In this document: positions 52,096-62,374 of the stretch, piece by piece | Layout of the letters: each line of letters opens with the position of its first letter | Position numbering within the stretch: the first letter of the stretch is position 1 | Assembly (NCBI GenBank): GCA_965261355.1 | Contig: OZ253464.1 | Coordinates: 1,241,907 to 1,305,906, forward strand | Origin: Dehalococcoidia bacterium | GTDB taxonomy: Bacteria > Chloroflexota > Dehalococcoidia > Lucifugimonadales > UBA3495 | Reading direction: 5' to 3' | DNA: 64,000 nucleotides | Translations under genes and position numbers: made by a program | The notes under the pieces: generated by a model | What the model saw: only the letters and a program-made list of their open reading frames with translations | The model's database searches: none | Told to the model about the DNA's origin: nothing

Positions 52096-52849
52096 TTATA
52101 AGCTCCCTCCAGTCGTCCCACATCGTGAGCGAAACCTCAACGTGCTCTGATAAGTCTCTCGGCGCCCGCCGGGATTCGCATCCGCTCAATGGGCAGCTAG
52201 AGCACTCCGGCGTCCTTGTGCAGCACACCTGACCGTGCAGACGCAGCAGCTCGTGCACGTCCACCATGGCCATCGACAGGTCGGCAAACTCCCTGTGCCG
52301 CCTACGATAGACGCACTTGAGGTGTTCACGCAACGGCGCGGGCTGCTTCCTTCCCCATTCCAGGCCGAATACCCTGTCCAGCACCCTGACGCAGTTGGCG
52401 TCCAGGGGCAGCGCATCATCCCCCCAGCCATAGGCCAGCACGCACTCGGCGATCTTGTCGCCCACGCCCTTGATCCGCAGCAGCCCCTCTCGCCAGCGCG
52501 GCACGCCAGGCGCCAGTTCCGCCGCCATGGACACCACGATCGGCAACTGCCCGGCCCGCACGATTCCTCGTGCGTCGTCCGCCACATTGTCCTTCGTCTC
52601 GACCAGTGTTTCGGCATCCGGAAATCTCCGGAAGAACTCTCGGCACATCTCCACCAGCAGTGCGTCCCGCGTTCGCGCGCTGAGCCCGAACAGCACCAGC
52701 GTCAGGTACGGGCTCCGGCGATGTCCTTCGCGTGCCCAGACCTCCGATTCCCATGAAAATTCACGATGCGCGGTCTTCAGTTCCGCCATCAGTTTCACGA
52801 GTCGGTGATCTGGCATGGAATTCATCTGAAGCCCTCCTTTTGACGCCAC
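52076..52849 (-). CDS. HhH-GPD base-excision DNA glycosylase (endonuclease III-like) with Fe-S cluster loop
   Basis: The helix-hairpin-helix is LLRIKGVGDKIAECVL, followed by PLDANCVRV and a C-terminal Cys cluster CCTRTPECSSCPLSGC. Confidence 0.7.
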   Translation of the reverse strand: MASKGGLQMNSMPDHRLVKLMAELKTAHREFSWESEVWAREGHRRSPYLTLVLFGLSARTRDALLVEMCREFFRRFPDAETLVETKDNVADDARGIVRAGQLPIVVSMAAELAPGVPRWREGLLRIKGVGDKIAECVLAYGWGDDALPLDANCVRVLDRVFGLEWGRKQPAPLREHLKCVYRRRHREFADLSMAMVDVHELLRLHGQVCCTRTPECSSCPLSGCESRRAPRDLSEHVEVSLTMWDDWRELINEPAAI

Positions 52850-52944
52850 CCGGCGGCGCAGGTATCATTTGGCGGGCACAGGCCCATTTTACTATCGTTT
52901 ATCGATTCGAATTAATCTGCCTGTTAATTGCAGGAGGACACCCG

Positions 52945-53976
52945 ATGAAGGCAGTCTATATCAACGAGCACGGCGGCACTGACATGCTCATCTGCGGCGA
53001 CCGGCCCGAGCCCGAAGTCGGCCCGGGAGACGTGATGTTGCGAGTGCGGGCCAGCGCGCTGAACCACCTCGACCTGAACCTGCGCGAAGGCCGTACCTAC
53101 CGTGGACCCCTGCCCCGCATCCTCGGCTGCGACATCGCGGGCGAGGTGGTCGCCATCAGCCCTGCGGCCAACACTTCGCTCAGGATCGGCGACCGCGTCA
53201 TCCTCAATAACCGCGTGACCTGCGGCTCGTGCCACAGCTGCCAGTTGGGTATGGACCAGAATTGCCCCAACCAGGAGCGACTCGGAGTCGACCTGGACGG
53301 CGGCCACGCGGAATACATCACCGCGCCGGCCATCAATGCCCACGTAATCCCCGACGACATGGACTTCACTGAGGCCGCTGCCCTTCCCATCGCGGCCCAC
53401 ACCGCTTGGCATTGCCTCGTGACCCAAGCGCAGATACGCCCGTGGGACGACGTGCTGATCCAGGCCGCAGGCAGCGGCGTCGGCAGTATGGGCATCCAGA
53501 TCGCCAAGATGATGGGTGCCCGGGTAATCACCACTGCCGGCATCGAGTGGAAGCTGGACCGGGCGGCAGAGCTGGGCGCCGACGAAGTGATCAACTACAA
53601 CGAGTCGCCCAATTTCAGCCAGCGGGTGCTGGAGCTCACCGAAGGTCGCGGCGTGGACCTCGTATTCGACTGCGTCGGCGCCTCCGTTTGGGAAGAGAAC
53701 CTGCTGTCGCTGAAGGCCGGGGGACGGTTGGTTATCACCGGCGTCACCAGTGGTGCCACCGCCAACTTGAACCTGTCCTTGCTACAGAGCAAACCCCTGC
53801 ACCTCATGGGCAGCGGCGGCCGCAGCAATCGCACCTTCGCCGACTTCATGAAGGTCGTGCACCACGGTTCCCTTGGCGGCATAGCCGGCCGCATTTTCCC
53901 CCTCGAGGAGATCGGCGCCGCCCATCAGGCCATGGCCGACCGCGACTTCTTCGGCAAGATCGTCATCGAGAGCTAG
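52945..53976 (+). CDS. zinc-type medium-chain dehydrogenase/reductase (alcohol dehydrogenase/quinone oxidoreductase family)
   Basis: ORF trimmed to ATG 52945 after AGGAGGA. The structural-zinc Cys cluster is CGSCHSCQLGMDQNC. The Rossmann motif is QAAGSGVGSMGIQIAK. Confidence 0.85.
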   Translation: MKAVYINEHGGTDMLICGDRPEPEVGPGDVMLRVRASALNHLDLNLREGRTYRGPLPRILGCDIAGEVVAISPAANTSLRIGDRVILNNRVTCGSCHSCQLGMDQNCPNQERLGVDLDGGHAEYITAPAINAHVIPDDMDFTEAAALPIAAHTAWHCLVTQAQIRPWDDVLIQAAGSGVGSMGIQIAKMMGARVITTAGIEWKLDRAAELGADEVINYNESPNFSQRVLELTEGRGVDLVFDCVGASVWEENLLSLKAGGRLVITGVTSGATANLNLSLLQSKPLHLMGSGGRSNRTFADFMKVVHHGSLGGIAGRIFPLEEIGAAHQAMADRDFFGKIVIES

Positions 53977-54073
53977 GACTGTCTGCTCTTTCCCTCTCGG
54001 TAGCCAACCGGCAGGTCAGACGGTAAAATCTACCTGCCTGAAATGAATCACATCATCCTCAAAGGAGCAGTCA

Positions 54074-54844
54074 ATGAAAATCGCCCGCTACGAGGCTCAC
54101 GGGGCCATCCACCACGGTGTGGTCGACGGGGACAACGTCGCCGCCATCGACGGCAGTCCCTTCGGCGAGTTCACCGTCACTGACCACGTCCACAAACTGT
54201 CCGACGTCAAGCTGCTCGCCCCCGTGGAGCCCGGCAAGATCCTGGCAATGGGCCTGAACTACACCACCCACATCGGCGACCGGCCTGCCCCCGAGTACCC
54301 CATGGTCTTCCACAAGACCCCGACCAGCGTCATCGGCCCCAACGACTCCATCATCCGTCCCAAGGAGGTCCAGAGGTTTGACGCCGAGGGCGAGATGGTC
54401 GTTGTCATCAAGGACAACTGCCGCTACGTCTCCAAGGCCGACGCACTGAACCACGTCTTGGGATACACCTGCGGCAACGACGTCTCCGCCCGCGACTGGC
54501 AGCGCCGCGACCGCAATGAAAACAACTCCGACTGGTGGCGCGCCAAGTCAGCCGACACATTCTCGCCGATGGGTCCGTGGATCGAGACCGACGTCGACCC
54601 GTCCGACCAGTGGCTGCAGACCCGCGTCAACGGCAACGTGGAGCAGGACCAGAGCACCAAGGACCTCATCTTCGACGTGCCGACTATGATTGAGTTCCTC
54701 ACCAAGTACGTTACCCTGAACGCTGGCGACTGCATCTACACCGGCACCCCAGGTACAACGCAGAACATGGAAGAGGGCGCCGTCTGCGAGATCGACATTA
54801 GCGGCATTGGCGTTCTCCGCAACACCGTAAAACTCGAGGCCTAG
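54074..54844 (+). CDS. fumarylacetoacetate hydrolase (FAH) family protein
   Basis: 256 aa with an FAH-family core (GLNYTTHIGD...FDAEGEMVVVI...GYTCGNDVSARDWQ...GDCIYTGTPGT). AAAGGAG SD is present. Confidence 0.85.
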   Translation: MKIARYEAHGAIHHGVVDGDNVAAIDGSPFGEFTVTDHVHKLSDVKLLAPVEPGKILAMGLNYTTHIGDRPAPEYPMVFHKTPTSVIGPNDSIIRPKEVQRFDAEGEMVVVIKDNCRYVSKADALNHVLGYTCGNDVSARDWQRRDRNENNSDWWRAKSADTFSPMGPWIETDVDPSDQWLQTRVNGNVEQDQSTKDLIFDVPTMIEFLTKYVTLNAGDCIYTGTPGTTQNMEEGAVCEIDISGIGVLRNTVKLEA

Positions 54845-54952
54845 ACTCCCAACCTGCCTGAATCGGCATCAAGCAACTCGCAAACCAAGCGCCGGCGGCA
54901 AATCACCGTCGGCGCATTCCTTTTGAGAACGCGGGCCCAGTGCCCGCAGGCT

Positions 54953-55783
54953 TCATGGCTTCATCACCCGCAGGGTGTAGGCATCCCCTTCCATGATCCC
55001 GGCAATCTGGGGCGACATGCTGCGAAAGTCGTCCGCCGTTGCGGATATTATCCTTCCCGACAGGCCTCGGCTCTCGTCCGACGCCAGCCACACTGCCAGC
55101 TCGGCGCAGTCGTCAATGGAAGCCCCGCCTCCTGAGAGCACGCGCTGGCCCAACGCGTGGATGAATTCAGCCCCAGCCTCGGCAGCCTGTTCCGTCATCT
55201 TCTCCCACATATCGGTATGCACCGACCCGGGTCCGAGGGCGTTGACCGTTATCCCTTTGCCTTCCAGCTCCTGCGCCAGCACCTCGGTCAGCCGGACCAC
55301 CGCCGCCTTGCTCGAGCAGTAGGCAGACATGTTGCTCCAGGCGTTGGCAACACCTGCGCCAGACAGGTTGATGATCTTGCCGCCGCCTTGTTCGATCATC
55401 ACCGGAACGACAGCTCGACAGACGAGGAACGTACCTGTCAGGTTGACGTTTATCGTGTCCACCCACTCGGAGATGTTGTTGTCCTGCAACGGGCCTACCG
55501 GCCCGGAGGTGCCCGCGTTATTCACCAGCACGTCGATGCGCCCGAACCTCTCCACTACCCTTCGGGCCAGCCGTGCAGTGGCCATCTCGCTGGTGACATC
55601 GGTACGTACGGCGATGGCCTCCGCGCCCAGTTCCGCTACCGCAGTGGCGGCCTCCTCAAGATCCGGCTCGCTGCGGGCAGCAAGCGCCACCCGCGCTCCT
55701 TCCCGGGCGTAGGCCAACGCGATGGCCTTGCCGATGCCGCGCCCGGCCCCCGTGATTACTGCCACCTGCCCATCCAGCCTCAT
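54953..55783 (-). CDS. SDR-family oxidoreductase (intact)
   Basis: TGAGRGIG Rossmann motif, NNAG, and catalytic YCSSKAAV. Confidence 0.85.
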   Translation of the reverse strand: MRLDGQVAVITGAGRGIGKAIALAYAREGARVALAARSEPDLEEAATAVAELGAEAIAVRTDVTSEMATARLARRVVERFGRIDVLVNNAGTSGPVGPLQDNNISEWVDTINVNLTGTFLVCRAVVPVMIEQGGGKIINLSGAGVANAWSNMSAYCSSKAAVVRLTEVLAQELEGKGITVNALGPGSVHTDMWEKMTEQAAEAGAEFIHALGQRVLSGGGASIDDCAELAVWLASDESRGLSGRIISATADDFRSMSPQIAGIMEGDAYTLRVMKP

Positions 55784-55808
55784 GCCATTCCCTCGCTCAA
55801 TGCCCAGT

Positions 55809-56960
55809 CTACTCTCGCCACGGACGGACCAGCCTCCCGTTTCGATGCTCTGGAGGCCAGACTATGACCTTCCGTCCATGCTGCCACTGCACCAACAGCG
55901 CGGGCTTGTCTGTAGGCCGCCCGGTCTCTGTGTCGACGCAAAACCTGCCGTAGAAGGTCGTGAAGTCCTGCGAAGACGCAGCCTTGCGCAATTCTCCATC
56001 CTCAAGGCTGCCGCATTCCTCGACACAGCGTTGGATCGCGACGCCGACAGCGTATGCTTGCGCCATCGGGTAGTCAATCACCGGATGCCCGGCCCGCCTC
56101 AGCGAACCCCGCACTTCCTCCACGCTCGGGCCATAGTCTATGTCGTACCCGGCGTCCGGCTCCCACTGGCTCGGGCCGACGAAGTTCTCCGCGCCTTTGC
56201 CCAGGCGCTTCCTGAAGGAGCCCACCCCGGCGGCCACCACGGCAACCACGTCGACGGACGGAGCCACCTTCGCCAGCTGTTCCGCCAGGTCGAGGTCGTT
56301 CCGGAAACGCCCGACCGCAACCAGCACTTCCGGTGCGGACCGACTCACATGCTGCACAAACTCTCCGAAGTCCTCGGTCCCAACGTTGAACTGCTGCGAC
56401 ATGACTATGCGGAACCCAGCTGCCTCCGCACCACGTTCCACTCCGCGTATCACATCTCGCGGAAACGCCCCCGTCGCTGCCCTCAGCAACGCCACGGTCG
56501 ACGTCGCCGGCCAACCCTCCTGAACCGCCGGAAGCAGCCCGGCAAGGTATTCGTCGGCCGGTGTCAGGATCCCTACAACCCACGGGTTGCCGCGTTGATA
56601 GACAACCGGCGAAGCTCCCCCCTGGTTCCACATCAGCCTTCGGCGGGACTGCGCTATCTCGGCCGCCGCATTGGTAAGCACGGCTGAGTACGGCCCGACC
56701 AGCAGGTTAACCCGGTCAGCCATGATCAGGTGATCGGTCACGGCCCGCACCTTGTCCCGAAGACTCTCGTCGTCGTGCCAGATGATTTCAACTGGAACGG
56801 TGTGTCGCCCGACTGTCATGCCACCGGAGCGGTTCACGTCGTCGGCCCAGCAACGGATGCCAGACAGCGTTTGCCTGCCCTGCAGCCTGAACTGCCCCGT
56901 CAGCGATACGGGAATGCCGACCTTGATTGCCATCAATTGCTCAAGTGCTTGCCGAAACAC
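55809..56960 (-). CDS. type-1 periplasmic-binding-protein fold (LivJ/AmiC-like) protein without signal peptide
   Basis: 383 aa with a Leu/Ile/Val-binding-protein-like N-terminus (IKVGIPVSLTGQFRLQGRQ...VNLLVGPYSAV). The N-terminus MFRQALEQLMAIKVG has no hydrophobic signal region or lipobox. Confidence 0.7.
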   Translation of the reverse strand: MFRQALEQLMAIKVGIPVSLTGQFRLQGRQTLSGIRCWADDVNRSGGMTVGRHTVPVEIIWHDDESLRDKVRAVTDHLIMADRVNLLVGPYSAVLTNAAAEIAQSRRRLMWNQGGASPVVYQRGNPWVVGILTPADEYLAGLLPAVQEGWPATSTVALLRAATGAFPRDVIRGVERGAEAAGFRIVMSQQFNVGTEDFGEFVQHVSRSAPEVLVAVGRFRNDLDLAEQLAKVAPSVDVVAVVAAGVGSFRKRLGKGAENFVGPSQWEPDAGYDIDYGPSVEEVRGSLRRAGHPVIDYPMAQAYAVGVAIQRCVEECGSLEDGELRKAASSQDFTTFYGRFCVDTETGRPTDKPALLVQWQHGRKVIVWPPEHRNGRLVRPWRE

Positions 56961-57029
56961 AAATCCGCCCCTCCCATGGTGTCTTCAGGAGGGACGGATT
57001 TCGAGAATCGGTTGTTGGCTCCTTACCCG

Positions 57030-58211
<1,182 letters not shown>

Positions 58212-58366
58212 CAGGCCACCTCCTGCATTTGACCATGTGATTGCGGCCAGTATAGCACTCACGCACCGGTGGCCGTTGACGCAGCACTCGCCCATCCCTA
58301 CGATGGCAGGAAGACTTGGAACTCCTCGAATTCACCGATTACAGGTAACTGAGCAAGGAGCCTTCC

Positions 58367-58558
58367 ATGGCCGAGCTAGAACTTTCCAGCGAAGAACGGG
58401 TCAGGGAACTGGCCCGACTTTCGGGAATTGCCATCACTGAAGACGAGGTCGCCGAGGTCGCCAACCGCTTCGAGAGCCTGATGCTGGAACTCGACAAGAT
58501 CAGCGACCTCGACCTGTCCGACATCCATCCCGTGAGCATCTTCCCCGACGAGGGCTAG
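58367..58558 (+). CDS. GatC/AtzG-like small subunit (63 aa)
   Basis: AAGGAG lies 6 nt before the ATG. The GatC-like sequence is VRELARLSGIAITEDEVAEVANRFESLMLELDKISDLDL. It lies 34 nt upstream of an amidase-signature enzyme. Confidence 0.6.
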   Translation: MAELELSSEERVRELARLSGIAITEDEVAEVANRFESLMLELDKISDLDLSDIHPVSIFPDEG

Positions 58559-58592
58559 CCTCCAAGCCGATCCACCGCCCGAGAGTATTGAA

Positions 58593-60020
58593 ATGGACAG
58601 CAACGATATCGCCTTCCTGTCCGCCGCCGCCACCGCCCGTGCGGTCCGCGCCGGTGAACTCACTCCCGAACATGCGGTGCGGGCATACCTGGACCGCATC
58701 GACCGGCTGGACTCCCGCCTTTCCGCTTACATCACTGTCACCCGAGAGGAAGCCCTCGACGCAGCACGGCGAGTGGAGTGGCGCCTGTCCGCTGGCGGGG
58801 ACCCGGGCGCGTTGTGCGGCGTCCCAGTGGCCATCAAGGACCAGTTCTGGACCGACGGCATTCTCACCAGTAACGGCTCGCGGGTCTACCGCGATTTCGT
58901 CCCCACCGAGGACGCCACCATCGTCCGGCGTTTGAAGGAGGCTGGCGCGACGCTGCTGGGCAAGCTGAACCTGAGCGAGCTGGCCATGGGCGGCACCCAG
59001 GAACCTCCCTACGGTATACCGGCCAACCCGTGGGACCTGGAACGCACGCCCGGCGAGTCCAGCAGCGGCTCCGGCGTCGCCCTCTCGGCCCATCTGTGCG
59101 CCGCATCCATCGGCGAGGATACCGGAGGCTCCGGCCGAGGCCCGGCGGCCTACTGCGGCGTTGTGGGCCTGCGTCCCACCTTCACCCGCGTCAGCCGTTA
59201 CGGGATGACTCACATGTGCTGGTTCATGGACGCCGCGGCCCCAATGACCAAGACGGTGGAGGATCGCGCCATCGTTCTGGGTGCAATCGCCGGCTACGAC
59301 GAGCGCGACCCATACACCAGCCGTCGCTCCGTGCCCGACTACACCGAAACGCTCGGATACGGCGTCAAGGGTATGCGCTTCGGCCTGATTCGTGAGCTCC
59401 ACGAGAGCGCCGACATGCACCCTGAAGTCCGCCGGGCTGTCGAATCTTCTCTCGAAACCCTGAAGGAACAGGGCGCAGAGGTTCGCGAGGTCTCCATCCC
59501 CCTCGTTCAGCTGGCTGGGGCCATCTTCGTCGGTGTCGCCGACACAGAGGGCGCAGGAGCCAGGGATGAGATTCTGCGGACTCGAGCCGACGAGCTTGAC
59601 CAGGCCAGCCGCACCCGTCTCCAATCGGCGTCACTGGTTCCATTCAAGGTTTACAACCGCGCCGCCAAGGCCAGGGTGCTGCTCCGCCGCCAGTTCATGG
59701 CCGCCCTTGACGATGTCGACGTGCTGGTATCGCCCACATCACCCTATCCTGCTCCACTGCATACGGCTCTGACGGCGCGATTCGAGAGCGCCGAGGACGT
59801 GAGGGCACGCTTCTTCTTCCGCCGCGCATACACCGGCTGCTACTCCCTCACCGCCCTGCCAGCGATTTCCATACCCGGTGGATTCACCAGCGACGGGCTC
59901 CCCATCGGCTTGCAGTTCGGACCACGGCCCTTCGCCGAAGAGACGCTGTTCCGCGCCGCCTACGCTTACGAGCAGGCAACCGACTGGCATACCCGCATAG
60001 CACCGGCGGCCCTAGCTTAG
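58593..60020 (+). CDS. amidase-signature (AS) family enzyme, GatA/AtzE-like
   Basis: 475 aa. The Lys context is VAIKDQF. The Gly/Ser-rich AS motif is GESSSGSGVALSA...GEDTGGSGRGPAAYCG. No gatB follows. Confidence 0.85.
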   Translation: MDSNDIAFLSAAATARAVRAGELTPEHAVRAYLDRIDRLDSRLSAYITVTREEALDAARRVEWRLSAGGDPGALCGVPVAIKDQFWTDGILTSNGSRVYRDFVPTEDATIVRRLKEAGATLLGKLNLSELAMGGTQEPPYGIPANPWDLERTPGESSSGSGVALSAHLCAASIGEDTGGSGRGPAAYCGVVGLRPTFTRVSRYGMTHMCWFMDAAAPMTKTVEDRAIVLGAIAGYDERDPYTSRRSVPDYTETLGYGVKGMRFGLIRELHESADMHPEVRRAVESSLETLKEQGAEVREVSIPLVQLAGAIFVGVADTEGAGARDEILRTRADELDQASRTRLQSASLVPFKVYNRAAKARVLLRRQFMAALDDVDVLVSPTSPYPAPLHTALTARFESAEDVRARFFFRRAYTGCYSLTALPAISIPGGFTSDGLPIGLQFGPRPFAEETLFRAAYAYEQATDWHTRIAPAALA

Positions 60021-60038
60021 TACAGAGGAGTAGCTGTC

Positions 60039-61136
60039 ATGACTGACAAGATACGCGTGGGAATCATCGGGGCCAACGCCAACTACGGATGGAGCAAGCG
60101 CGCTCACCTGCCCGCCCTGCTGGGGATGCTCGACTTCGAACTGACCGCCGTATGCACCTCTCGTCCCGAAACCGCCGAGGAATCAAGGGCCTTCTACGGC
60201 GCAAAGCTGGCCTTTCACGACTATACCGAGATGGCGAACCACCCCGATGTCGACCTCGTGGTGGTCTCCGTGAGCGTTCCGGCCCACTACGGAATGGTTA
60301 CTGCCGGACTCCAGGCGAGCAAGCACGTCTTCTGCGAGTGGCCCCTTGGAGCCAACACGGGCGAGGCCGTCGAGTTGGCAGACCTGGCCCGCGACAAGGG
60401 TGTCCGAACCATCATCGGCCTTCAGGCCCGGGGCGGTCCAGCCCTGCTGCGCCTGCGCGAATTGGTCGCCGAGGGCTACGTGGGCGAGTTGCTGGCCTGC
60501 AACATGACCATGTTCCTGCCAGGGCTGCTTCAGCGAGGCATCGACCGTGCCTGGATGGCCGACCGCTCCAAGGGTGCCAACACCCTGAGCATCGCCTCTG
60601 GCCACGCCCTCGATATCTTCTGCCACTGCGTCGGTGAATTCCGCGAGCTCTCGGCCCAGGTCAGCGTCCAGCTCGACCAGTGGCCCTCAGGGAACGGCGG
60701 GAGCGTTGACGTGGACGCCGCCGACAACGTGGTAGTCAGCGGCGTGTTGGAGAACGGCGCTGCTGCCTCTGCCCACATCGCCACCATCCCCTGGAACGGC
60801 AGCGGCTGGCGCATGGAGGTGTACGGCACAGAGGGTACCCTCGCGGCCAGCTCACAGGAGATGGTTCAGTACGGCAACGTCCAACTCTACGGCGCCCAGG
60901 GAGCCGGTCAGCCCCTGCAGCAGCTGCAGGTTCCCGCTCACCTGTCCTCCGCCCCCGATGCAGTCCCGGGCGGAGAGCCCTACAACGTGGCCCAGCTCTA
61001 CGAAATCATCGGGAATGCCATCCGCAACGGTGGACCGGCGGAGCCCGACTTCGATGCAGCGGTCTCCCGGCATCGCTTCCTCGATCTCTTGCAGCGATCA
61101 TCGGACGAAGGTAAGAGAGTAGTGGTGGGCAAGTGA
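60039..61136 (+). CDS. Gfo/Idh/MocA family oxidoreductase
   Basis: The N-terminal Rossmann motif is IRVGIIGANANYGWSKRAHLPAL, followed by the EWPL motif (VFCEWPLG). AGAGGAG SD is present. Confidence 0.85.
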   Translation: MTDKIRVGIIGANANYGWSKRAHLPALLGMLDFELTAVCTSRPETAEESRAFYGAKLAFHDYTEMANHPDVDLVVVSVSVPAHYGMVTAGLQASKHVFCEWPLGANTGEAVELADLARDKGVRTIIGLQARGGPALLRLRELVAEGYVGELLACNMTMFLPGLLQRGIDRAWMADRSKGANTLSIASGHALDIFCHCVGEFRELSAQVSVQLDQWPSGNGGSVDVDAADNVVVSGVLENGAAASAHIATIPWNGSGWRMEVYGTEGTLAASSQEMVQYGNVQLYGAQGAGQPLQQLQVPAHLSSAPDAVPGGEPYNVAQLYEIIGNAIRNGGPAEPDFDAAVSRHRFLDLLQRSSDEGKRVVVGK

Positions 61137-61249
61137 ATGCTGGTTAAGGAGATCCCGGCGGTGAATCCGATGGGATGTTAAAATAGGGCCGTCGGAGGGG
61201 GGCAGGGAGGTGAACAGCCAATCGCCTTGTATTCCCGTGTTCCCAGAAT

Positions 61250-62374
61250 ATGAATTCGCATTCCAGTCGCCTCAGATCTCTCGTAAATCTTCTTCCCGGC
61301 CTGCCACGCCGGGAAGGTTCCCTTCCTCTGCGCAACGGTCGGAAGGCCTTGGAGTCGGGACCGCGCATTACCGTCATCGGCGGCGGCACCGGTCTGCCCA
61401 GCCTCATCCGCGGCATCAAGCATTACTCTCACAACATTACCGCCATAGTCACTATGGCCGACGACGGAGGCAGTTCCGGCAGGCTCCGCAGCGAGCTCGG
61501 AATACAACCGCCGGGCGACATTCGCAATTGCCTCGTCGCCCTGGCAGATTCCGAAGACGTCATGCAGAAGCTGATGGACTACCGCTTCACTTCCGACGGA
61601 CAGCTCAACGGCCACAGCTTCGGCAACATGCTCCTCGCGGCTCTGGCAGGCATCGGCGGCGATTTTTCCCGGGCCGTCGAGATTGCCGGCGAACTCCTTG
61701 CCATCCGCGGCCGCGTCGTTCCGTCAACGACCACCGACGTCACACTATTGGCCACTACCGAGACCGGCGAGACCCTCGTCGGCGAGACCAATGTCGCAGG
61801 CGCATCCGCCCGTCTCGTGTCCCTAGCCCTGTGCCCGCCCAACCCACAGGCGCACCCCGAGGCGCTGGCCGCCCTTCACGACGCAGACCTGGTGATCATC
61901 GGTCCGGGAAGCCTCTATACCAGCATCGTCCCGAATCTGCTGATTCCGGGTATAGCCGACGGCGTGGCCAGATCGAAGGCCCTTAAGGTGTACATCTGCA
62001 ACGTGGCCGAAGAACCCCGACAGACCGAGGGATATTCGGTGCAGGACCACCTCGAGGTCGTGCGACGCTACACCGGCCCCGGCTCAATTCACGCCCTTGT
62101 CGCCAATTGCCGCATTCCCGCAGGACCAACCCCCGCCGGCCTTGACTTCATCGAGCCATCTCATCCATGGAACGACGAAACATTGCTAATCCATGCCGAC
62201 GTGATCGATGAAGAAGCAACAGCCCGGCATGACCCGGATAAGCTCGCCCTGACCGTCGCCACCACTTACCGCCGTCATCGTGGACAACGCCGTCGGCTCT
62301 CCCGTGCGAAAACCGTTCCACCTGCCCAAGCCGATTGCCGGGAGTTGCAGTCCGATGCCTTGGGCGGAGACTAG
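61250..62374 (+). CDS. yvcK: YvcK/CofD-like (UPF0052, gluconeogenesis-factor family) protein
   Basis: The core is ITVIGGGTGLPSLIRGIK...ITAIVTMADDGGSSGRLR...PPGDIRNCLVAL. A ~38-aa N-terminal extension makes the start uncertain. Confidence 0.8.
   Translation: MNSHSSRLRSLVNLLPGLPRREGSLPLRNGRKALESGPRITVIGGGTGLPSLIRGIKHYSHNITAIVTMADDGGSSGRLRSELGIQPPGDIRNCLVALADSEDVMQKLMDYRFTSDGQLNGHSFGNMLLAALAGIGGDFSRAVEIAGELLAIRGRVVPSTTTDVTLLATTETGETLVGETNVAGASARLVSLALCPPNPQAHPEALAALHDADLVIIGPGSLYTSIVPNLLIPGIADGVARSKALKVYICNVAEEPRQTEGYSVQDHLEVVRRYTGPGSIHALVANCRIPAGPTPAGLDFIEPSHPWNDETLLIHADVIDEEATARHDPDKLALTVATTYRRHRGQRRRLSRAKTVPPAQADCRELQSDALGGD

Noticed and set aside
58367-60020. Annotating the pair simply as gatC and gatA of the tRNA-dependent amidotransferase.
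   Set aside because: The small subunit is shorter than typical GatC. The amidase deviates in the GGSSGGS motif. No gatB is adjacent and the neighbourhood is catabolic. I kept the calls generic pending phylogeny.
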